NCBI GenBank assembly: GCA_965219575.1
Contig: OZ244779.1
Span: forward strand, 1,676,769 to 1,740,768
Reading direction: 5' to 3'
Origin: Candidatus Oxydemutatoraceae bacterium
GTDB lineage: Bacteria > Pseudomonadota > Gammaproteobacteria > Poriferisulfidales > Oxydemutatoraceae
Length of the DNA: 64,000 nt
A program made the position numbers and the translations under genes. The notes below the pieces were generated by a model. The model did not search any database, had not been told where the DNA came from, and saw only the letters and a list, made by a program, of their open reading frames with translations. Shown in pieces: positions 57,554 to 64,000 of the stretch; the stretch's first letter is position 1; each line of letters starts with the position of its first letter.

Positions 57554-57579
57554 CTCATAGGCATAAAATTGATGAAAAG

Positions 57580-57588
57580 ATTATAACA
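57580..57588 (-). promoter_or_regulatory. Extended -10 promoter element (TGTTATAAT) for paralog A
   Basis: Perfect TGnTATAAT about 26 nt upstream of the ATG, conserved with 9106-9114. Confidence 0.65.
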
Positions 57589-57699
57589 CCCTCTAAATAA
57601 TATCCCGAAAATTATCGATAGAATATTGCTGTGTGCCCGAGATTATTATCCTTAATAGAACCGCCGGTTGAGCCGATAGGTCAATCGACCGGTGCCATG

Positions 57700-58320
57700 C
57701 TAGATGCAGTCGGTTATTTTTTTGATTAGCTTTTTCATGCTTTGATCTTTGATCTTCATCGAGGCTTTGTTTGCAATCAATCGGGCACTGATGTCTCTGA
57801 TTTTTTCAAACTCTTGCAAACCGTTCGCGGCGAGGGTTTTGCCGGTATCGACCAAATCAACTATTAAATCGGCAAGTCCTAAAACCGGTGCCATTTCCAT
57901 CGAACCGTATAATTTTATAATGCCGACTTGGCGATTGTGTTCGGCAAAATATCGTTTTGCCGAAACACAATATTTGGTTGCCACTCGGGGACGGTACTTC
58001 GGTTGTCGATCGGGCAAACCGGCAACCGATAGACGGCATTTTGCGATCCCTAGATTGCATAACTCGTAGATGCCGCTACTCTCTTCTTCCATCAGCATGT
58101 CTTTGCCGACTATGCCGAGGTCGGCAGCACCGTACTCTACATAGGTAACGACATCGGCGGCACGCAATACTACAAATTCCATCTTTCGGTCTTTGCTTAG
58201 CAATATCAATTTGCGCTCGTCGCCGGAACCGTTTTGTAGACCCAGACCGGCGCGCTCGAGCAACGGCAATGTCGCTTCGAGCAATCGTCCTTTGCCTAAG
58301 GCAATTCTAAGTGCGGTCAT
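57700..58320 (-). CDS. hisG: ATP phosphoribosyltransferase, short form (HisZ-dependent)
   Basis: Motifs IALGKGRL, ADLGIVGKD, RVATKY and GSMEMAP..GLADLIVDLVDTGKTL; 206 aa, lacking the C-terminal regulatory domain; follows murA. Confidence 0.95.
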   Translation of the reverse strand: MTALRIALGKGRLLEATLPLLERAGLGLQNGSGDERKLILLSKDRKMEFVVLRAADVVTYVEYGAADLGIVGKDMLMEEESSGIYELCNLGIAKCRLSVAGLPDRQPKYRPRVATKYCVSAKRYFAEHNRQVGIIKLYGSMEMAPVLGLADLIVDLVDTGKTLAANGLQEFEKIRDISARLIANKASMKIKDQSMKKLIKKITDCI

Positions 58321-58322
58321 AA

Positions 58323-58598
58323 TGGAACTATTAAAAAAGTGTGGGCATCACTAAAATCCAATCGCTTGCGCCCACATAATTACGCAAACCACCTGCAGAG
58401 GTAGGCGGACATGCAAGTCCGTCCCTACTATGTCTGCCCTAAAGTACCGTTTCGCACAGTCATAACCACTTGCGCGGTATGGTTTTGGTTTCCATAAATT
58501 GGATGTATAAATGTATAAATCGTGCAGATGCAACGCGTTAACGGGCGGACATGCAAGTCCGCCCCTACGGTTCATAAAATACTTTTTCAACATTCCCA
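58323..58598. mobile_element. Degenerate copy of the MITE/REP element between murA and hisG
   Basis: Imperfect TIRs tggaactattaaaaaagt / actttttcaacattccca. Two REP hairpins ggcggacatgcaagtccg[t/c]ccctac (~58404, ~58544). Shares the ttttggtttccataaattggatg block with 9.2-11.2 kb. Confidence 0.75.
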
Positions 58599-58614
58599 TA
58601 ATCTTTCCTTCGGT

Positions 58615-59895
<1,281 letters not shown>

Positions 59896-60543
59896 CTAAA
59901 GGCTTTGGGCGTCTCGGCTTAAGCGTGCTATCAATGCATCCAAGCCTTTATCCTTAATCTCCAAATCAAAGTTCTGTCTAAACTGTTTACCTACACCCAA
60001 ACCGTCGACTATCAAGTCAAAAATCACCCATCTGTTTTCCTTGAACAACATGGCATAGTTGATCGACACGGGTGCTTGCCCGCCGACGAAAAATAGCATC
60101 GTTTTTACTATTTGATAGCGGGCATCTTCGACGGTTTCGGGCATCGGATAATCAATCTTCTCTACTTTGGAAAGTAGCAACAGAGATTTCCCGTAGCTGC
60201 GTACCATTGTTCTACGCAGGGCATCGGTAAACGATCGGCGTTGTGTCTCGGAGGCACCATTCCAGTGAGAACCCAAAGTTAATTTGGAAAACAATTCCAT
60301 ATCAACCGCAGCGAGTATACGCCGATCTATCAGGTCGTATAGTTTTTCGGTATCGTTTTGGTAAGTCGCTTTGTTGATTTTAATCTCGGAAATGACGCTG
60401 TCGACCATAAAGGATAAAAAGTCTTTTGCGTCCCGGTAGCTTTGGGCGAATACCGGCTGGGCGAACACACCCATTAACAGAAAAAATATCGCGCCCTGCC
60501 TCACGCGTATAAAAAGTTCAGTGCAATAATTCATGCAGGTCAT
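59896..60543 (-). CDS. mlaC: Periplasmic phospholipid-binding protein MlaC/Ttg2D
   Basis: Signal peptide (..QPVFA|QS), SKLTLGSHW...QRRSF, WVIFDLIVDG, FRQNF, GLDALI pattern; upstream of murA as in the usual mla-murA-hisG order. The start codon is uncertain. Confidence 0.85.
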   Translation of the reverse strand: MTCMNYCTELFIRVRQGAIFFLLMGVFAQPVFAQSYRDAKDFLSFMVDSVISEIKINKATYQNDTEKLYDLIDRRILAAVDMELFSKLTLGSHWNGASETQRRSFTDALRRTMVRSYGKSLLLLSKVEKIDYPMPETVEDARYQIVKTMLFFVGGQAPVSINYAMLFKENRWVIFDLIVDGLGVGKQFRQNFDLEIKDKGLDALIARLSRDAQSL

Positions 60544-60627
60544 TATATATGATAATGGTCTGTTGCAGCGAATAAACCCTGCGTGGAAAACAATGCTTGC
60601 ATAATAAAAATCGGTCGTTAAGGGTTA

Positions 60628-60636
60628 TGTTATAAT
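60628..60636 (+). promoter_or_regulatory. Extended -10 (TGTTATAAT), candidate rne promoter
   Basis: Perfect TGnTATAAT in the AT-rich divergent intergenic region, about 260 nt upstream of the rne ATG. Confidence 0.55.
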
Positions 60637-60699
60637 TAGACAATTCGTTCGGTTGAATAAGCAAATACAAATACCGAATTATAAGATTGAATTGAATTT

Positions 60700-60731
60700 C
60701 AAGCGTATGCACTCGAGGCGAGTGCCGCTTG
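60700..60731 (+). promoter_or_regulatory. Bulged stem-loop in the putative rne 5' UTR
   Basis: caagcg-tat-gcactc-gaggc-gagtgc-cgcttg: a 12-bp stem with a 3-nt bulge. Confidence 0.45.
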
Positions 60732-60898
60732 CAGCAGATTTACCGATGATTTATAGGGCGATATACACATGTTGAATTGGGTGGGAATACTACTTATAAA
60801 AAATTCAAAAATGCGAATGAGGTATTCGTACAGTCTCTTTTGCGGGTTCGTAATGTACCGCACCGTGTGTTTGCCCGGCGCAAGAACAAGAGTTGATA

Positions 60899-63193
60899 AT
60901 GAAAAGAATTTTAGTCAATGCGACGCAACAGGAAGAGTTGCGTGTTGCCATAGCAGATGGTCAGAAATTATACAATCTGGATATCGAGGCGGCAACTAAG
61001 AGACAGAAAAAAGGAAATATATATAAAGGTGTTATCGCGTCTATAGCACCGAGCTTAAATGCGGTCTTCGTCGACTACGGCGGTTCGCGCCAAGGATTCC
61101 TTCCGACTAAGGAGATATGCCCTAAGTATTTTACCGCCGATTTCGACGGCCCTATTCGCAAGCAGGTTATACACAAGCTGATCGAAGAGGGGCAAGAACT
61201 CATCGTGCAGATTGTCCGCGAAGAGATATCGAACAAAGGTGCTTCTTTGAGTAGCTATATAAGTTTGAGCGGGCTCTATATGGTGCTGTTACCCGACAAA
61301 CCACGCACACACGGTATATCACAGCGCATTTCGGGAACCGATCGCCAACGGATGTACGATATAAGCCGCCAACTTAGCACGGAAAAGAACGAAGGCTTGA
61401 TTCTACGCACCGCCTGCTTGAATGCCGAGAAAAAAGATCTGCAAAAAAATCTCGATTACTTGCGCTATCTGTGGAAGCAAATACAAAAGACCGCCAACGA
61501 GCGACCGGCTCCTTTTTTAATCTACAAGGAAGCCAACATCGTGCTGCAGGCTATACAGAACAACTTGGGTTCCGATATAGACGAGATCGTTATAGACAAC
61601 CAAACGGTCTACGAAGAAACCAAAGAATTCATATCGATGGTACTACCGAGATATAAGAAGAAACTGAAGTTATACAGCGGCGATATCCCGTTGTTCAACC
61701 GCATGCACATCGAGACCCAAATTGAAACTTTGTATCAACACGAAATAAAACTACCGTCCGGAGGGGCTATCGTGTTGGATCACACCGAAGCGTTGACGAC
61801 CGTGGATATCAATTCGGGACGCTCGACACGACAACAAGATATAGAAGAGACCGCGCTAAAAACAAATCTGGAAGCAGCCGACGAAATTGCACGACAATTA
61901 CGTCTGCGGGACTTGGGAGGCTTGTTGGTAATAGATTTTATAGATATGAAACCACATCGCAACAAGCGTAGAGTGGAAGAGCGTCTGCGAGAATTATTGA
62001 AAGCGGATCGCGCTCGGACACGATTGGGGCGCATATCCGATTTCGGTTTATTGGAAATGTCTCGCCAGCGTCTGCGCCCTTCTCTACAAAACGATAGCGA
62101 AGTACTGTGCCCGCGTTGCAACGGGCGCGGCTTTATAAGAACCGTAAAATCCTCCGCTTTGGTCGCATTACGATTAATAGAAGGAGAGGCGGGTAAACCC
62201 CAGACTTCAACAGTCGTAGGTCAAGTGCCCATCGCAGTCAATCAATTCTTGATCGGCGAAAAAAGTACCGAATTGAAAGAAATAGAAAAACGCTACGGTA
62301 TAAAAGTAACCATAAACGCCGACTCGCAGATGGAAACACCGCATTATAAAATCATGCGCTACAAGGAGAACGGTTTTGCACTCGACAACGAGCCGGCTTC
62401 TATACGCTCATCGCTACCGGAACTTAACTTGTCCGAAAAACAAAACCAAGCCGAAACAATACCGGAAAAAGAAACCGCCGCTATTCCGACCGTCATCAAG
62501 ATGGAGAAAGCAACACTGTCCGAGATTGTCCGAAGCGTGTGTGAAAAATTAACATCCTTATTCTCGCTTAAGAAAGTGCCGGATAAACAAGATAGCAAGA
62601 TAGATGAAAAACAAAGCAAAAGTTCTGACGAAAAATTCCAAAGTTCGCATGCCGGTCGTAGTCAAAGCCCGAGAACGCAAACATACCATTCGAATAAAAG
62701 ACGGTCGGGTTATAAACAAACCGCTCAAAGAGATGCCGATTCGCGCTCAAAGCCGAGTAGTACACAGCAACAAAATCTTAGGAATAAAACAGCGTTTGGT
62801 TCGTCCGGCGAAAAACACCGACAATATCGGAGATCTAAAGCAAATTATAAAAGTGATCGTAATCGAGGTGCATCGTCCGGCCGCCGTAACTATACGAGCA
62901 GAGACTCTACTAAAAAGACATCTCCGCAAACCTCTCGCCGTGGCGATATCGATACTAGACCGACCGATACGCCACAGACGGTTAAAACAACCGGCGACTC
63001 CGTCAAAAAAACATTCTCGCAAACCTCTCGCCGTGGCGATGTCAATACCAGACCGGCAGATAAACCGCAAACGGTTAAAACAGAGGTTAAGCCCGATAAC
63101 GCATTTAAGCCCAAACCACCGCAAATCAAAGGCAAAAAATCCAAGCTGATACAGATAGAAACCAAGCCCCGAACCGATAACGACTCAAAATGA
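60899..63193 (+). CDS. rne: Ribonuclease E
   Basis: [25 protein letters not shown]1 domain, [25 protein letters not shown], Zn-link CPRC, amphipathic helix [17 protein letters not shown], basic disordered C-terminal half. ATG 60899 is preferred over TTG 60893. Confidence 0.95.
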   Translation: MKRILVNATQQEELRVAIADGQKLYNLDIEAATKRQKKGNIYKGVIASIAPSLNAVFVDYGGSRQGFLPTKEICPKYFTADFDGPIRKQVIHKLIEEGQELIVQIVREEISNKGASLSSYISLSGLYMVLLPDKPRTHGISQRISGTDRQRMYDISRQLSTEKNEGLILRTACLNAEKKDLQKNLDYLRYLWKQIQKTANERPAPFLIYKEANIVLQAIQNNLGSDIDEIVIDNQTVYEETKEFISMVLPRYKKKLKLYSGDIPLFNRMHIETQIETLYQHEIKLPSGGAIVLDHTEALTTVDINSGRSTRQQDIEETALKTNLEAADEIARQLRLRDLGGLLVIDFIDMKPHRNKRRVEERLRELLKADRARTRLGRISDFGLLEMSRQRLRPSLQNDSEVLCPRCNGRGFIRTVKSSALVALRLIEGEAGKPQTSTVVGQVPIAVNQFLIGEKSTELKEIEKRYGIKVTINADSQMETPHYKIMRYKENGFALDNEPASIRSSLPELNLSEKQNQAETIPEKETAAIPTVIKMEKATLSEIVRSVCEKLTSLFSLKKVPDKQDSKIDEKQSKSSDEKFQSSHAGRSQSPRTQTYHSNKRRSGYKQTAQRDADSRSKPSSTQQQNLRNKTAFGSSGEKHRQYRRSKANYKSDRNRGASSGRRNYTSRDSTKKTSPQTSRRGDIDTRPTDTPQTVKTTGDSVKKTFSQTSRRGDVNTRPADKPQTVKTEVKPDNAFKPKPPQIKGKKSKLIQIETKPRTDNDSK
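62912..63079 (+). repeat. 93-bp-period (31-aa) duplication in the RNase E scaffold region
   Basis: cgcaaacctctcgccgtggcgat at 62925 and 63018: [21 protein letters not shown] / [21 protein letters not shown]. Confidence 0.85.
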
Positions 63194-64000
63194 AGATTCG
63201 CTTATCGAATACGCTGACCGGTGCCAAAGAGATATTCGAACCGCACCGCCCCGACCGAGTATCGATGTATGTTTGCGGCCCCACGGTCTACAACTATATA
63301 CATATCGGCAATGCGCGCCCCATCGTCACATTCGATTTATTGTACCGGTTGCTCAAACAGCAATACGAAGAGGTAATCTATGTACGCAATATCACCGATG
63401 TGGACGATAAAATTATCAACGCGGCGAGTGCCGAAAACATCACGGTAGACGCTTTGACACAACGCTATACGGAAGCATTCCATCAAGATATAGACGACTT
63501 AAATGTCTTAGCACCGGATAGCGAACCGCGCGCAACCGAACATGTTTCGGCGATGATGAGAATGATCGAAAAGCTGTTGCAAAAAAGGCATGCATACGAA
63601 GCCGAGGGACATGTGTTGTTCGAGATAGCGACCGCCGAAAATTATGGTTGCCTATCGCACCAAAGTCCGGACGAAATCATAGCGGGTGCGCGGGTGGAGC
63701 CGGCATCGTATAAAAAGAACCCGTCGGATTTTGTTTTATGGAAACCTTCGACACCCGAGCAAATCGGTTGGGATAGTCCTTGGGGACGAGGGCGCCCCGG
63801 CTGGCACTTGGAATGTTCGGTGATGATCGAGGCACTGCTGGGAGATACCATAGACATTCACGGCGGTGGCATGGATCTGGTTTTCCCTCATCACGAAAAT
63901 GAAATCGCTCAGAGCGAGTGCGCTCATGACGGCAAGCAGTTCGTGCGTTATTGGATGCACAACGGTTATATCACCGTCAAAGGCGACAAGATGGCTAAAT
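63190..64000 (+). CDS. cysS: Cysteine--tRNA ligase (3' partial)
   Basis: ATG overlaps the rne stop (ATGA). Reads [11 protein letters not shown]...[17 protein letters not shown]...[11 protein letters not shown]...DFVLWK...[13 protein letters not shown]...[17 protein letters not shown]...[14 protein letters not shown]. Not in the ORF track because it runs off the edge. Confidence 0.97.
   Translation, partial: MKIRLSNTLTGAKEIFEPHRPDRVSMYVCGPTVYNYIHIGNARPIVTFDLLYRLLKQQYEEVIYVRNITDVDDKIINAASAENITVDALTQRYTEAFHQDIDDLNVLAPDSEPRATEHVSAMMRMIEKLLQKRHAYEAEGHVLFEIATAENYGCLSHQSPDEIIAGARVEPASYKKNPSDFVLWKPSTPEQIGWDSPWGRGRPGWHLECSVMIEALLGDTIDIHGGGMDLVFPHHENEIAQSECAHDGKQFVRYWMHNGYITVKGDKMAK

Noticed and set aside
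36-57419. Numerous short (60-320 aa) plus-strand and alternate-frame ORFs, many with ADQTAD-like repeats
   Set aside because: They are shadow ORFs of the giant genes; ADQTAD is the antisense reading of the VGGLVG codons.
11273-57553. IgA1/Zmp (M26) metalloprotease, RTX adhesin, autotransporter or filamentous haemagglutinin assignment
   Set aside because: GLUG repeats are shared with some of these, but by eye I found no HExxH catalytic domain, GGxGxD nonapeptide run, C-terminal barrel or TPS domain. An HMM scan is needed to exclude them formally.
58351-58599. 82-aa ORF between murA and hisG
   Set aside because: It coincides with the MITE/REP element and resembles translations of the other copies.
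60518-60999. Small ORFs 60518-60712 and 60769-60999
   Set aside because: They lie in the AT-rich divergent promoter and leader region, overlap real genes and show no recognisable motifs.

Overview
Bacterial chromosomal window, probably from a gamma/betaproteobacterium (judged from hisG-short, murA, mlaC, rne and cysS at the right end). About 55 kb of the 64 kb is taken by two head-to-tail, minus-strand paralogous giant surface-protein genes. The complete one (11273-57553, 15,426 aa, roughly 1.6 MDa) has a Sec-type signal peptide, 21 GLUG beta-helix modules, a ~2,900-aa array of cadherin-like beta-sandwich domains and a short C-terminal tag IRIRAKVFLEGPLQ. I see no autotransporter barrel, RTX nonapeptides, lipobox or transmembrane anchor in it. 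The second copy starts at 9080 and is still open at the left window edge (>3,026 aa; absent from the ORF track because it has no stop in the window). It is a module-shuffled mosaic of the first gene. The 2.2-kb spacer between them holds an AT-rich coiled-coil, membrane-anchored (DUF1640/Bdr-like) gene and a cluster of MITE-like elements containing GTAG-type REP hairpins, including a 275-bp tandem repeat. A related element lies between murA and hisG. The most novel-looking candidate is a recombination-diversified giant adhesin array exported or anchored by an unrecognised route, possibly through the C-terminal KVFLEGP tag. All family calls are by motif recognition only; no searches were run.
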